Of a DNA stretch of 64,000 nucleotides, positions 1-12,700 are shown in pieces (position 1 is the stretch's first letter; every line of letters starts with the position of its first letter). Source of the DNA: an uncultured Planctomycetota bacterium (lineage in GTDB: Bacteria > Planctomycetota > Planctomycetia > Isosphaerales > Isosphaeraceae); contig CAWGMQ010000011.1 of NCBI GenBank assembly GCA_963823665.1, forward strand, positions 480,001 to 544,000, read 5' to 3'. The notes beneath the pieces were generated by a model. It worked only from the letters and a program-made list of their open reading frames with translations. It ran no database searches and was not told where the DNA came from. A program made the position numbers and the translations under genes.

Positions 1-951
1 GCGACCGGCGCGCTCCGCCAGCCAGTCGTGAAGCAGGAAAAACCGTTTGAGGCGGTCGCCTGGAGTCCGGACGGCAAGCGCTTCGTGACGGGGGAAGGCC
101 GGGCCGCCGGTGTCGTGCGCCAGTGGGATCCGTCCACTGGCCGCGAGGCCGGCCCCATGCTTCAGTCTGGACCAGTCAAGGCACTGGCCTGGAGCCCGGA
201 TGGCCAGACGATCCTGACAGGTAGCTGGTCCGACTACGGCCAGTTCTCTGCCGTCCATCTGGGAGCGCAGCGGTGGGATGCAGCCACAGGCAAGCCGATC
301 GGACCTTTGATGAAGCACGAAGGGGACGTATGGGCCGTCAGCTACAGCCCCGACGGTAAGACCATCCTCACGGGCAGCGGCGACCGCACCGCCCGGTTGT
401 GGGATGCTGCCAGCAGCGACCCCCTGAGGGAGCCGCTGGTGCACCCTTTCGAGGTCTGGTCGGCGGTCTTCAGCCCGGACGGAAAGCTCGTCTCGACCGG
501 CGGCCGCGACGGGCAGGGGCGGGTCTGGGACGTTGCTTCGGGCCGCGTGGTCGGCAAAACGATGGCGCACCCCGGGGAGATTCGCTCCCTCGCTTTCAGC
601 CCGGACGGCAAATCGATCCTCACCGGCTGCCGCGACGGCTTTTCGCGGCTGTGGGACATGCAGACCCGCCAGCCGATCGGTCCGCCGTTGCGGCAATTCG
701 GCATTGTCGAAAAGGTCAATTTCGCTTCCGTCGGGCGCAAGTTTCTGACGGCCGGCCGCGATCGGTCCGTTCGGCAGTGGAGTCTGCCGTCACCGGCGCC
801 GGGCGATGTTCGCCAGGTCCGCGAGTGGGTCGAGACCATCACCGGGTTCGAGCTCGACCAGAATGACGCCGTCCAGGTGTTGAAAGCAGAGGAATGGCGC
901 GAGCGCCGGGCCCGGGTGTCGACCGCGCGCAGCGAGGATATTCCGGGTTAA
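1..951 (+). CDS. C-terminal part of a WD40-repeat protein (probably Ser/Thr kinase-WD40), 5'-truncated by the window edge
   Basis: Tandem 'vAfSPDGk.ilTgs.D.tARLWD' WD40 repeats; C-tail 'VREWVETITGFELD' resembles the tail of the kinase-WD40 at 30105. Confidence 0.85.
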   Translation, partial: ATGALRQPVVKQEKPFEAVAWSPDGKRFVTGEGRAAGVVRQWDPSTGREAGPMLQSGPVKALAWSPDGQTILTGSWSDYGQFSAVHLGAQRWDAATGKPIGPLMKHEGDVWAVSYSPDGKTILTGSGDRTARLWDAASSDPLREPLVHPFEVWSAVFSPDGKLVSTGGRDGQGRVWDVASGRVVGKTMAHPGEIRSLAFSPDGKSILTGCRDGFSRLWDMQTRQPIGPPLRQFGIVEKVNFASVGRKFLTAGRDRSVRQWSLPSPAPGDVRQVREWVETITGFELDQNDAVQVLKAEEWRERRARVSTARSEDIPG

Positions 952-997
952 GACACGAATCCGGGAATCCAGCCGAGAAGAAAGGCCGAATGAGCGC

Positions 998-2723
998 TCA
1001 CATGAACATTTTCTCATACTCTTCTGGAGCGTGGCCGCGCGTAGGGGACAGCGTTTTTTCGGGGCCCTGGCTTTCTCTCGGGCGGAACAGGCGGGCAAGC
1101 TGCTGGAGCGTCGCCGCAGGGACGAACAGGGCGATGGCCACAGCGAATTCGACGGTGCCCAGGTCCATCCCGGTCAACATGACGTAAGCCGCGGGCGCGA
1201 TGATCGTGATGCCCGGCAACGTACCCAGATCGATCAGCAAGATCGCCAGGGGTCGCCACGGGACTCGCCACGCGAGTGCGGTTGTGGCCAGGCGGCAGAC
1301 GAGCGGCCAGACGCTGAAGAAGCTTCCCTCCGGCAAGACCCACGCCGATGCCACCGTCACAATCGCGGCCCATCCCAGCCAGCCGAGGTCAAGCGCGGTC
1401 AAGGCAACGCGCTTCAGGAGGAACGCGTAGAATGAGATGAAAACGACCACGGCCACGGCGAGCAGGCAAGCAGCGATCAGTGGGTCCCTCGATTCCCACT
1501 CGGTGACTGTGCGAGCCTGTTTGAGTAGCCACCAGACGCCCCCGGCCGCAAGCGTGCCGAGGCCCATTGCCAGCGGCAACGCGACGAAACCCACGGCGAG
1601 CCCGCCGGTTCTGACTCGACCGGATCGCCAGCAGAAAAACAGGGCGGCAAGATAGAAAATGGCTGCGCCGACTGCCAGGGGCCGCACCCACCCCGCAGGG
1701 TAAGAAATGAACCATCGTCCGACCGGGTTGAAGTAAATGACGTCGGGCTCGCGGGGGTCATCCTGGTCAAGATTTCCGAAGTGCCGCGCGAGCGTCAAGG
1801 CGTGCGATCCCTGGTGCTGCAAACTCCGGCCGTCCAGGTTGCTCAGGTTATCCAGTGGCGTGTGGTAGCATCCTTTTCCCTCGAAGAACAGGAAGTTGAG
1901 CGCCGGCACGCCGGCGTTCAGAAAATTGTTCATGTCGGTATGGCTGCCCGTCATCCGGTAGACGACCGGCGTGAGCGAGTCACCGATCGCAATGGGATCG
2001 GCCCGGGCAAACTCGCGGATTAGCCAGCCGTTCCGGCCGGAGGTTCTCGAACAGGCAGCAAGGACCGTGATTGCCGGCTGCATCGAAGTTGAGAACCAGC
2101 CCGACATCCGGCATCCAGGGATGTCCTTCCCCCCACCCACCCCGCGACTCACCGACGAAGAATCTCGAGCCCATCAGTCCGATCTCCTCGCCGTCGGTGA
2201 ACAGCGCGATGATATCGCGCTTGGGCAGCGGACCCGCCTTCAGGGCCCGTAGCGTTTCCAGGAGCGTTGCCGTGCCCGACCCGTCGTCACAAGCGCCGGG
2301 GGCTCTGGGCACCGAATCGTAATGAGCCATCAGCAGCACCGCCTTCTGCCCCGGCGGGCCCGCGCCTTTGATCCGCGCTACAACGTTCGAAATCTTGACG
2401 TCACGGCCATTTGGGTGTTGGTACCGAGCCGTCTGCGTGGTCCGGTCGACGCCTAGCGAGTCAATCGTGCGTTCGAGATAAGCACGCACCAGGGCGATCT
2501 CAGGCGAGCCAGCCGGGCGCGGCTTGGCCGCGATCGCCTGGATGTGCTGAAACGCCCTTCGCGAAGAGAATTCCGCCGCGGGAGCGTCTGCTGGACGCTC
2601 AGCGGGGGGTTGTTGCGAGGCGATGGCCGCGAAGATCGACGCGGCGAGGAAGACGAGAGTCCAGCAGACGAGGACCGAACGAAGCCTGGGTCGTGTGGTG
2701 ATATCGGAAGACGCGTCATTCAT
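998..2723 (-). CDS. Membrane M28-family peptidase, split by one frameshift at ~2047
   Basis: Motifs AHYDSV, GACDDGSG, DGEEIGL, HTDM and YHTPLDN across ORFs 1980..2723 and 998..2152; removing one A restores FETSGRNGW; C-terminal TM helices. Confidence 0.85.
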
Positions 2724-2928
2724 GCCGGTGTGATTGCGACTCGGTTGTAGCGGATGCCGGTTCCCTGATGGTTAAGCCAATATAACAGTCTGACGCCTAC
2801 GACGGCGCCTTCCGTTCGTCGCAAATTAACATTGACCGGTCGTTCGATCGCTGCCAGAATGCCGGCCGCGCGGGCTGGAGCGTTCTGGCTGTGCGCGTTC
2901 CGGCTCGGGAGTTAGTGAGGAGTCGCTG

Positions 2929-4095
2929 ATGCACCGGCGAGCGCTCTTGTCGTCGAGTCTGCTCGTGCTGGCACTTGCTGGAACGTGCTTCGCCGACCCG
3001 GTTTATTCGGTAACTCCTGTCAATTTCGACACCACCGGCGTCTTGCTGAACAATGCGGGGCAATACGTCGTTCCCGCTTATGGTGGAGCGTATCTGGTCA
3101 ACGGCTATGGGCCGAATGCAGGACAGGCCGTACCGATCACGATTCCCGGGGCGACGGCGATCAACCCGACTGGACTGAACGATTCCGGTCAGGTCGTCGG
3201 CGCCTACGCCGGGAGCTCAGGGCCGCCGGTGCCATTCCTCTATAGCGGTGGGCAGACCACCAACCTGAGTACGACTGCCGGTTTCCAGGCCGGTGCGTTC
3301 GCACAGAGCCCGTACTTTGGAAACTTGAGCGGCGTGGCGATCAACAACGCCGGCGCGGTCGCGGGCCAGATCCCGAATCTATACAATCCCAACGGCAATA
3401 ATCTTGGTCTTTACAGCCAAGGCTCGGTGACCAATCTGGGCTTGCCGTCGACTGCCGATTCCCTCTCCCCGGCGGCCTACCATGGCGTTTACGTCGTGGG
3501 CATCAACAGTTCCGGACAGATTGCGGTCATCGACAACGAAGGCACGGCGCCGTCGATTTTCAAGAACGGTAGCTTCGTGACACTGCCCATTCCGAGCAAT
3601 GCTCTGGGCGTTTCTCCAACCGGCATCAACGACAGCGGGCAGCTTTCGGGAACTGTGCTCGCGTTTAGCGGGCAGCGAACTGCCGCCCTTTTCACAAACG
3701 GGGCCTGGCAGAACCTGGGATCCCTGGGTGGCACGGTAAGCTCGGCCCTCGGAATCAACAACAGCGGCGCGGTGGTCGGGTGGTCGGCGACAAGCGACGG
3801 ATCATCACACGCTTTTCTCTATCAGAATGGCCAGATGACCGACCTGAACAGCCTTTTGCCGTCCTCACTCAGCGGTGTCACGCTCTTCGGCGCATCGAGC
3901 ATCAACAACGAGGGCCAGATTGTCGCATTCGGCGGCACTTCCCAGTACGGACCGATGCAAGATTACCTGCTGACGCCGCCTGGAGAGGCTCCCCTCGCGA
4001 TGGTCACGAATCTGCCCGAGCCAAGCACGCTGGCCTTCTTCGGGTTGCTCGTGGGTGGCCTGTGCATCCGCCGGGTGCTCAAGCGAATGCGTTGA
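2929..4095 (+). CDS. Secreted HAF-repeat protein with PEP-CTERM sorting signal
   Basis: Signal peptide, 'GINDSGQVVG' and 'HAFLY..GQMTDL' repeats, C-terminal LPEPSTL + TM + RR/KR. Confidence 0.9.
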   Translation: MHRRALLSSSLLVLALAGTCFADPVYSVTPVNFDTTGVLLNNAGQYVVPAYGGAYLVNGYGPNAGQAVPITIPGATAINPTGLNDSGQVVGAYAGSSGPPVPFLYSGGQTTNLSTTAGFQAGAFAQSPYFGNLSGVAINNAGAVAGQIPNLYNPNGNNLGLYSQGSVTNLGLPSTADSLSPAAYHGVYVVGINSSGQIAVIDNEGTAPSIFKNGSFVTLPIPSNALGVSPTGINDSGQLSGTVLAFSGQRTAALFTNGAWQNLGSLGGTVSSALGINNSGAVVGWSATSDGSSHAFLYQNGQMTDLNSLLPSSLSGVTLFGASSINNEGQIVAFGGTSQYGPMQDYLLTPPGEAPLAMVTNLPEPSTLAFFGLLVGGLCIRRVLKRMR

Positions 4096-4118
4096 CACTG
4101 CCCCGGACAGCGGAATGC

Positions 4119-4373
4119 TCACACTTCCGCGACCATAGCGTCCTTGCAGTGCTGCCGTGAGCTTCCGGAGCCGGCTTCCATGACGATGCGGATCTCTTCC
4201 GCCGTCATCCCGCGGTCGAGCATGCTTTGCTTGAGCGCGGACGTAAGTTCGAGGCTGCGGATCCCGAGTCTGATGCCCATGACGATGGCGACCATGCCGC
4301 AGGCGAACACGCCGAGTACGGCCGTAAGCCCGATCAGGTGCCCCGGCTCCAATCTGGACAAAAACTCATGCAT
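4119..4373 (-). CDS. Small single-TM hypothetical protein
   Basis: TM helix followed by 'LKQSMLDRGMTAEEI'; GGAG upstream of the ATG. Confidence 0.7.
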   Translation of the reverse strand: MHEFLSRLEPGHLIGLTAVLGVFACGMVAIVMGIRLGIRSLELTSALKQSMLDRGMTAEEIRIVMEAGSGSSRQHCKDAMVAEV

Positions 4374-4509
4374 GACGCGTTGCTCCGTTGCGTAAAGGCA
4401 CGGCGCGGGGACCGCTCAGATCGAAAGAGCACTTGTAGGGTAATTCGGCGCAAGATGTTAATTATTGCGTCGGGGCCGGATTTGACTCAGGATCGAGGGG
4501 TGTCACCCC

Positions 4510-6003
4510 TCACCGCCGGAGCGTCTTCCTCGCCCTCGCGGCTCTGGGGGGCCGTGTGGCGACGTTCGCCACGTCGTGGACCAAGTGATCTCCGAACGCA
4601 AGGAGCCCCAGCAACTGCCCCGCTTCGCGCACGCCCGAAAAGAACGCTCCCATCACCAGACCGGGAAAATCCTCGATGGTCGAATCCCCCGCAAAGCGCA
4701 ACGGTCCGACCGGCTGTCCCATCAGGCCGTAATCGGCCCCACTGGCGCCCGGAGGGATGTGCGGTAGCGTGCCGCACGCGAAGGGGTCGACCGCCCACCG
4801 CGAGCGCTGCACACCGATCGGGTCGGGAATCCTCGACCCGTACTGCTTGCGCAGCACGGCCATCGCCGCGTCTGTTACCTGGGTGTCGGTCATCCCCTCC
4901 AGTTGATGGGCATACGCGGAGCGGTTGAAGACCATCAGCATGGGAATTCCCCCCGTGTACTTGTAAAAGTTCAACCACGTGCTCCAGTGCGCCTCACTGG
5001 TCTCGGCGATGCGGCCGAGAGTGTCCGGCTGTGGGTCCCAGAACAAGCGGGGGAACCGAAGGTAGAGCTTATCGGACAAGCCCGAATGCAGCCGCCCGAT
5101 CGCCCCGAGTTTCCAGCGCGGCAGGGGCGGCGAGAACGCGACCGCCCCGCTATGCAGCACGCCGTGCGGCAAGGTCACGATGGCATAAGGCGCCTGGTAG
5201 ACGCCCTGACTGGTCCAGACGGTGACGCCGTCCGACCCGTACGCGATCTCGCTGACCACATGGTTCAGCCGGATGTCGAGGCCAGCTGCCAGATGCTGGA
5301 CGAGCTGAGCGTAGCCCTTCGGAAAGACGTCGGTATAGAGCTGCACGAAGACATAGTCGTCGTCCCAGTTGTTGAGCGACAGGTCGCTCAGGGGAGACGC
5401 GTTGGGCTCCTCGATGGTGTAATTCACGAAGAAATTCACTCCCTGCAACGTCTGCGGCGAAAGCTTCTCGTACTTAAATACGGTCTCGAACGCGTCCGAC
5501 GCCGGGATGTCGGGCAGACGCCGGGCGACGCGCTCCTCGGAGATCGCCTTCACTCCTGCATAAGTGGCAGAATAGATCGAAAAGAGTTCATCGACTTCGG
5601 ATTGTGGCAAGACCCGTCCCGTAGGCTCGCTGAGCGTGAGATTCAAGAGGTCCGATGGGACCGTGGCGATCCCCGCCTGGCTGGCAATCCTGGCCAGAGG
5701 ATTGATCGTCTTGTGAGTCAGCCAGGACGCTCCGAGGTCAACGGGCGCGTCGGCCCATTGGTTGCTCGTCCAGATTCGGCCTCCAATCCGGTCGGGGCGT
5801 CCTTCGAGCAGGATCGGACGAATTCCGTTCGCCTGCAGCGCCCAAGCCGCCGCCACTCCCGACATCCCCGCACCGATGATCAGTACGTCGGCTTGGTTCG
5901 CCGCGGCGTGGCTTTGCCCGGTGGCGAGCATCGGTACAAGCCCGGCGGCCCCGGTGAGCGCCTGACGCAGGAATTGCCGGCGATGATGAACGCGATGGAG
6001 CAT
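4510..6003 (-). CDS. Tat-exported flavin monoamine/polyamine oxidase family protein
   Basis: RRQFL Tat signal, GAGMSG FAD motif, RIGGR, DLGASW, FAGD..GA..SG.REA. Confidence 0.9.
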   Translation of the reverse strand: MLHRVHHRRQFLRQALTGAAGLVPMLATGQSHAAANQADVLIIGAGMSGVAAAWALQANGIRPILLEGRPDRIGGRIWTSNQWADAPVDLGASWLTHKTINPLARIASQAGIATVPSDLLNLTLSEPTGRVLPQSEVDELFSIYSATYAGVKAISEERVARRLPDIPASDAFETVFKYEKLSPQTLQGVNFFVNYTIEEPNASPLSDLSLNNWDDDYVFVQLYTDVFPKGYAQLVQHLAAGLDIRLNHVVSEIAYGSDGVTVWTSQGVYQAPYAIVTLPHGVLHSGAVAFSPPLPRWKLGAIGRLHSGLSDKLYLRFPRLFWDPQPDTLGRIAETSEAHWSTWLNFYKYTGGIPMLMVFNRSAYAHQLEGMTDTQVTDAAMAVLRKQYGSRIPDPIGVQRSRWAVDPFACGTLPHIPPGASGADYGLMGQPVGPLRFAGDSTIEDFPGLVMGAFFSGVREAGQLLGLLAFGDHLVHDVANVATRPPRAARARKTLRR

Positions 6004-6201
6004 GACACCACCCTCGCTCCGCGGGGCGAACGTGTGACTCCGGACGACCGTTTGCTGTGAACATAGAACACGAATTGGTGTACGCCGATGTGGCGCTCAG
6101 ACGTCCGCGACCATCGGGTCCTACTTCGCACCGCGTATAAATTGTAAAATAAACCCATGGCGATCAGACCGAATTCTGGTCGTTTCCTCGAGAACTCTTC
6201 C

Positions 6202-6720
6202 ATGTCACATTCCGTCGACCATCTGTTCCCGGAAATCGCCGGCAGTGGGTGCGACGCCGATCGTTTGAAGCCGCGCAGGAAGAACGGACTAACGAACTCG
6301 CGCACGCGACGCACAGTGTTGGCGGTGGGCGGTGTCCTGCTCTGCATCTTTTTCGTGCTACTGTACATTCCACTGGTGCGGATCACGCCCGGGAACTTCG
6401 CTCGGATCCAACGTGGAATGACGCAGAAGCAGGTTGAGGCGATCCTCGGGGGTCCTCCTGGCCATTACGACGGGGTCGGTGTGTTGGAGTTCCCTGCAGG
6501 CCATCCGCCCGATAAGGAACGGGGCCTCGAATGGTCCGCGATTGACGGCGATGTTTATGTCGTCTTCGACGGCAACGGATGCGTTTTCAATGCGACATTC
6601 TATCCCAGTACAGCAATAAGCCAGGACTTATGGTCCTTCGTCGTTGAGCGGATCACGCGATGTAGGCTCAGCAGTTGGCACAGGTGGTGGTGCGCCAAGT
6701 TGTGGCCGGGCACGGCGTAG
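6202..6720 (+). CDS. Membrane-anchored SmpA/OmlA(BamE)-like domain protein
   Basis: TM segment then 'ITPGNFARIQRGMTQKQVEAILGGP'; start codon uncertain. Confidence 0.6.
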   Translation: MSHSVDHLFPEIAGSGCDADRLKPRRKNGLTNSRTRRTVLAVGGVLLCIFFVLLYIPLVRITPGNFARIQRGMTQKQVEAILGGPPGHYDGVGVLEFPAGHPPDKERGLEWSAIDGDVYVVFDGNGCVFNATFYPSTAISQDLWSFVVERITRCRLSSWHRWWCAKLWPGTA

Positions 6721-6770
6721 TTCAAGACGATGGGATCGTCATTCGCCCCGCTCGCCCCCGACGCAGCGCA

Positions 6771-9700
6771 TCAAACACGCACTGGAGCACGCCGGTGTGG
6801 TGATCCGCGGCCCCGAAGTTGATCGTCCGCCTCCGCGAGGTAGTCGACCGCGGCGGCCGAGATGGCCGGAACTCGGTCGGCCGCATGATAGACGACGGCG
6901 GCCAGGCTCACTCCGCTACGGCGAAGGACGGCGACGGCATTGCTGCCTGGCTGACCGTTATCGGTTCCGTCGATGAAACGTCCCATGGTGTCCTCGAGAC
7001 CGGAAGGTGCTTGTCCCTCGACCAGGAGCTGGACGGGCGTGGTCAGCACGAAAGGCTTGGACGGAGTGAGGACGACCGAGTCCTGGGAAGGGTTGTAGAC
7101 GGCGGAGCGGAGCTTCAAGGCCCGCGCGTTCTTGGCGGTGAACGATCCGCGCTTGCCGGCGACGGTCAAACGGTAGATTCCGGTCTCGGCCGCTTGAGTG
7201 GAGTTCACGGCAGCACTGAAGTCGACAAGGACCTCCGTCACCTGGTGCTTCTTGTTCGTCTTGACCACGACTTCAGCCACCCTCACCAGTGGCGCGGAAA
7301 TCACGTGGGTCGTGGCCTGTGCTCCGGCGGGGGTGGGCTGCACGTTCCCGACGTTGTCGATGGCCACGCTGTAGAAGCCATAAGTGTGGCCGACTTGACC
7401 GTTGAATGTCGCACTTGTCTCGGTGGTTCCTGTGACGAACGCGGTGAACGGGCCACCGTCCTCGGAAACGAACACATTGTAGCGGGCGATCCCGGAGCCG
7501 CCGGAGTTGTCCTGGCCTGACCAGCTCACAAGAAAGCTTGTCGCGGTTGTCGTTCCCGTGAGCGGGCTGACGGCGCTCGAGGGCGCCAGGGCATCGACCG
7601 TTGTCTGGGCCTGCGCCGAAGCCGGCGTCGCCTGAACATTGCCGACGTTGTCGGCGGCCACGCTGTAAAAACGATAAGTGTGGCCGTTCAGTCCGGTGTA
7701 AGTCGCCGACGACGGGCTCGTCGCCGATTGCCAGAGAGTGAACGGGCCGTTGTTGTCCGAGACGTAGATGTTGTAGGAGGCGATGCCCGAGCCCCCCGTG
7801 TTGTCCTGGCCTGCCCATGTGACCGTGAAGCTTGCCGGGCTGAAAGCGGCCAATGCCGAGACGCTGCTGGCGGGTGGTGCCGCGTCGATGGTGTTCACGT
7901 AGGGGGCTGTCGCCAGCGAGCTCTGGTCAGATAATCCCGCGTCGAAGATCACCGTAGCCTGAGCATTGATCGCAGTCTGGGCGGCAACCGCCGGCTTCGG
8001 CTGCACGGAGTAGCTGACCCACCCTTCGCCTTCTGGTGCGGTGACATCCGGAGGCAGGAAGCCTTCGAGCACGTTGCCGACCGGGATGTCGAAGGTCGTG
8101 GGGTCAATGGACGTGAAGGTCCAGGTGAGCATGCCGGTGAGCGCATTGAAACTTGCATTCACGTCGACGTAAACGCCGACCGAGCTGACTGCGTTGATGC
8201 GAACGCTGTAGGACATCAAGCCGGCCGGCACGTTGAAGGCCTGGCCGCCGAAGCTGAAGGCGCCCAGCTCGAAGGTACTCCAGTCGAGGTTTGCGTCGAG
8301 CTGATCGGTCACCTCGACAACCTGGGCGGGGGCCGTGGCCGTCGCATCGTTTTCAAAGTCGACGCGGTAGGACAAGGACTGCGCGGGGCTGACAAAGGCG
8401 CTGGGACCGAAACCAGCGGGGCCGACGATATCGTTGGGATCAGTCGGACTGTCGATCGAGCCTCCGCCTCCACCGCCGCCGGGTCCGGGCAGCAATGGTG
8501 GTGCGGGTGGAAGCGGAGGAGCGGGTGGGTCTGGCGGTCCGGGGGGCGGCTCGCAGGGATCCTCCGGGCCATCAAATTGCCACACGAACGTCAACCCAGG
8601 CGCCTGAGGTGCATGCGTTCCGGGAGGGATCAGCGGGAAAGTCGGGCCAATCGGCCCCGGGCCGCCAGGGGGTGTCGGTCCAGGCGCGCCGGGGGGAAGC
8701 GGATTCGGAAAAGGGACCGAGAGAAATGGCTTGAACGGGCAACTCTTTAACGGCTTCAACAAGTCAAGGGGGTCCAGACCCGTCGGATCGATCTGGCTGA
8801 CGGGATCATTGTCCGCGTAGGTGTAGAGATCGATTCCACCCTGGGTGCCGCTGGGATCGCGGCTCACGAAACGCCCCAGCGATGGCGCGTAATACCGGAC
8901 GCTCATGAGGTCCAGCCCACTCGGGCTGGTCACGACGCCCCATTCGCCCAGAAATCCAAATATGTTTGGTACGCCCGACGACTGCGTCGTTGTCTGCCCG
9001 GTCGGCAGGTAGGAGTACTGATCAACGTACGCGCCGTTTGCACTGCTGATGCCAACGGTTGAGCCCAGGTTATTGAAATCATAGTAATCGACAGACCCAC
9101 CGGCACTCACCTGGCTCTCCAGGCCGAGGCCGTAGGTAAAATGCGCGATCAAGCTGCCATTGCCATCGAAGGACGCAACCACATTGCCCTGCCCGGTCGG
9201 ATCGATCTGAAAGCTGGTCGTGGTGCCGTTCACCGTCTGCGACACAAGGTTGCCGAACGCGTCATAGGAAGCCGTTTCGGAGATGCCGGGGCCGTTCACG
9301 GCAGTCAACTGATTGAGCGGGTTGTACGTATATGTTGTGGTTCCGCTGCTGCTCGTCTGGGCGATCAGATTTCCCTCGGCGTCATACTGGTACGTCGTCG
9401 TGGCGCCGCCCGTCGTCGAGCTGGTGTATTGATTGAGGTTGTTGATCGTATAAGTCGTCGTCACGCCATTGACATTCTGCGAGATGCGATTGCCGGCGGC
9501 GTCGTAGGCATACTGGATGTCCTCTTCAGCCAGGCCATCCGGGTCTGTGTGGTTGGGCGTGAAGACGGCCTGGACCAACTCGCCGGCTGCATCGAGCGCG
9601 TAGGCCCACTCTCCGTCCTGGTTCGTGTCGGTGAGAACGTCGCCCTCGGCGTCATATGTATAATCGTCAAACGAGTTGACCGTCACGTGATTTGGCGCTT

Positions 9701-12700
9701 CATTCGTGATCGACAGGAGATCACCGGCCGGGTCATAGGTGTAGGTCGTGCGTGTGCCGTTGCCGTTGTCTTTCTCGATGAGGCGGCCATCGACATCGTA
9801 GGTGTACTGGACGATCAAGTTACCGCCCGAGTCGGTCAGCTTCGAGAGCCGGCCGGCGTCGTCGTAGGAATAGTTCACCGTGAAGCCGGTCTGATCGACG
9901 CTCTGCACGCGCTGGCCGCCGCTGTTGTGGAAGAGCTTCAGGTAGGTCCCGTCTGGATAGAGCACTTCCGAAAGCAAGTCGGGATCGGCTGGGTCACCGT
10001 CATCAGCCGCGCCGTAGACAAACTTCGTCACGTTTCCGAGCGTGTCGGTTGCGCTCGTGCAGTTGCCGTAGGCGTCGTAGGTGTAGGAGAGCGACGTGCC
10101 TCCCGCGAAGCTCTCTTCGATGAGCTCGCCGGCGTTGTTGTAGGTGGCGCTGATCGCGGCGCCGTTTCCGCCCAGGAAACCGATGGCCTCGCCCAGCGGG
10201 TTGTAGCTGTACTGGTCCTGGTCGCCGTTCGCATAGGTGATCGAGAGGGGCGCGTTGCTCGCGTTGTACGCGGTGCTGGTCGTATTGCCGTCTGCGTCCG
10301 TGTAACTTGTCTGATTATGGTTGGTATCGTAAGTGAAGGAGGTGGTGTTGCCGAGCGGGTCTGTTTCACTGAGCTCATTGCCCTGCGAATCGTAGGTGTA
10401 GGTATAGGTTGCTCCGTCCGGCAAGACTTTCCGGATGAGATCGCCGTTCGAGTCATAGCTGAGCCGGGTGGTTTGACCAAGGGCATCCTGGGTCACGGCG
10501 GGCTCGCCAAACTGGTTGAACATCATCACGCTCGAATCACCGGTGTTGTCCGCCGTGGAGACGGTGCCGCCCGAGCCGTAGGTATAGGTCAGGTGACTCA
10601 CGGGATCCGTTGAACACATACAGCCTTGCTGATCGATCAGCCGCCCCTGGGCGTCGTAGGTGAAATAGATAAACGTGCCATCGGTTTGTTTGACCGTTGA
10701 CAAGGCGAACTGCTGGGCCGGGTTTGCACCCGTGACATACGTGTATTGCTCCGTTACTTCAGGATTGGACACAGAGAGAAGCAGCTCGTTCGTGGTGTCG
10801 TATGTATAAGTCGTCACCTGGCCATCCGAGCCGGTGATGGTGCTGATCAAGCCCTGGGCGTTGTAAGCAAAGTTCAGGTAAGCCCCGTTCGAATCGGTCA
10901 GGCTGGCCATCTGGCCGCTCGAATAGCTGGCGGTGATCCGGTTGCCGCTGGCATCCTGCAAGTAATCGAAGCTGCCGTCAGGGTTGAAGACGATCACCGT
11001 GCCGGTGGTTTCGCGCACCTGGTAGGCTCCTCCGGCGGAGGTGAGCACGTAATCGTTACCGGGCGGATCGAGGTACGTGCCGCCGGCCTGGCGTGCGAAG
11101 TAGAGATACACGCCGTCTTCGACGATCGTCACATTACCCTGGCTGTCTGCCGATGCCGAAATCTGCCAGCTATCGACCCAGCCCCGTCCCAGAGGTCCAG
11201 CAGCGTAGCGCTCGGCGATCCCTGGCTGGTAGGTTCTCGCAAAGTTGAGCGGCACGCCGGGCGTTACAACCGAGGCATCGACGGTCCCGAGCGCGGCAGT
11301 CACCGGCAGGGAAGCGTTGGCAAGCTGGATCGCGAAGTTGTACAGCGTCTCGACGTCGGAGGTGGGTGTGCCGATCTCGCCGAGGTAGGTCGCGAAGCTG
11401 TCCAGGTAGGCCTGGTACTGACCGGCGGTTGAGCCCGCCGCGGCAACAAAATTGCCCCAGATCGGCCTCCAGGCCGAGGCGCTCAAGTAACCGGGCCGCG
11501 AGCTTGCAAGGGCGCTGCTCCAGTCGATCGGGGTCGCCGGCGCGGCGGTTTGCGTGAGGTTGAAATGGAACTGGGTGTGTCCGAGCTGTGACGTGGTCTG
11601 ATAGTCGAGGGTGATGCTGCCGTGATAACCCGGCGGCAGGATGCCCGCCGGACCGTCTTGATCGATGCCGAGCACCTGGATCGTGCTGCCGACGTATGTG
11701 CTCTCGTCGGCATAACCGAGCACGGCGTTCGTTGCCTGCACCTGCAACAACGGGGCTGGGATGTCGGCGCCGCCGACGTTCGCATAGAAGATCGTCACGG
11801 TCGTCCCGGTCTGATTGGGCCGGATGACGGCGACGGTGCCGAGGCTCGTTTGCAACTGGCCGGGATCGCCGCTGACGACGGTAAAAGCGCCGGCGCTCGT
11901 GAGGGTTTCACCATGATCGATCGCCTGCACGTCGTATGTACCCGCCGCGAGCCCCGCCAGGTTGAACGTGGCGAAGAGCGTCGTGTCGTTCTGGTACATC
12001 GTCGCGGAGGCCACAAGCACTGCCTGGCCCGCGCGTTGCAGTTGTACGGTAGTCTGCATCGTGAACCCTGAGCCGTCGATCGCGATCGTGGCCTGGCCGC
12101 TATTGCTGGCCTGGCCCGGGGCGAAACCAGCAAGAGCGAAGCCGGGGGCGCTCGCGCTGAGCGTGAACGAAAGCCCGAGCCCCGCCGGCTGCTGCCCCTT
12201 TATAAGCAGGTAGTAAACGCCGCCCTGAGGCTGTGCCAGCGTCACTTCCTGGCTGGCCGTGGCGGCGCCTGTTGCGGCTTGGTCGTAGTCAGACGGGTCG
12301 GGAATGGCGCCGTACCGCACGTACATGGTCACGCCATCGGCCACCGCGCTCCTGGCGATGATTTGCAAGTCGGCCGGCGACGTCAGGTCGAGCTGATAGT
12401 AGAGGTCCTCGCCGTCGGCGATCGTGCCGGTTACAGGCGTGCCGATGGTGAGGGCAGGGGCGCTGAGCGAAAGCGATGTCGTAGCCACGGCGACGTTATC
12501 GGCCCGGTTGAGATCGGGCACCTGCAAGCCGCTGTCGGTGACGACGATCACATGATAATTGCCGATCATGGCACCGGGCAGAGTCGCGGTCAGCGATCCC
12601 GCGTAGTGCTCGAGCGCACTCAAGTTACCGGTGTGCGTGACCCGGCCCAGCAGCATGGCGCTGGCATCCACGGTGGTCTCGGTGGAGAGATAGACTGAGT

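Noticed and set aside
6157..6720. Immunity gene for the RHS protein
   Set aside because: It is convergent rather than co-transcribed, looks SmpA-like, and no toxin domain is evident in the RHS protein
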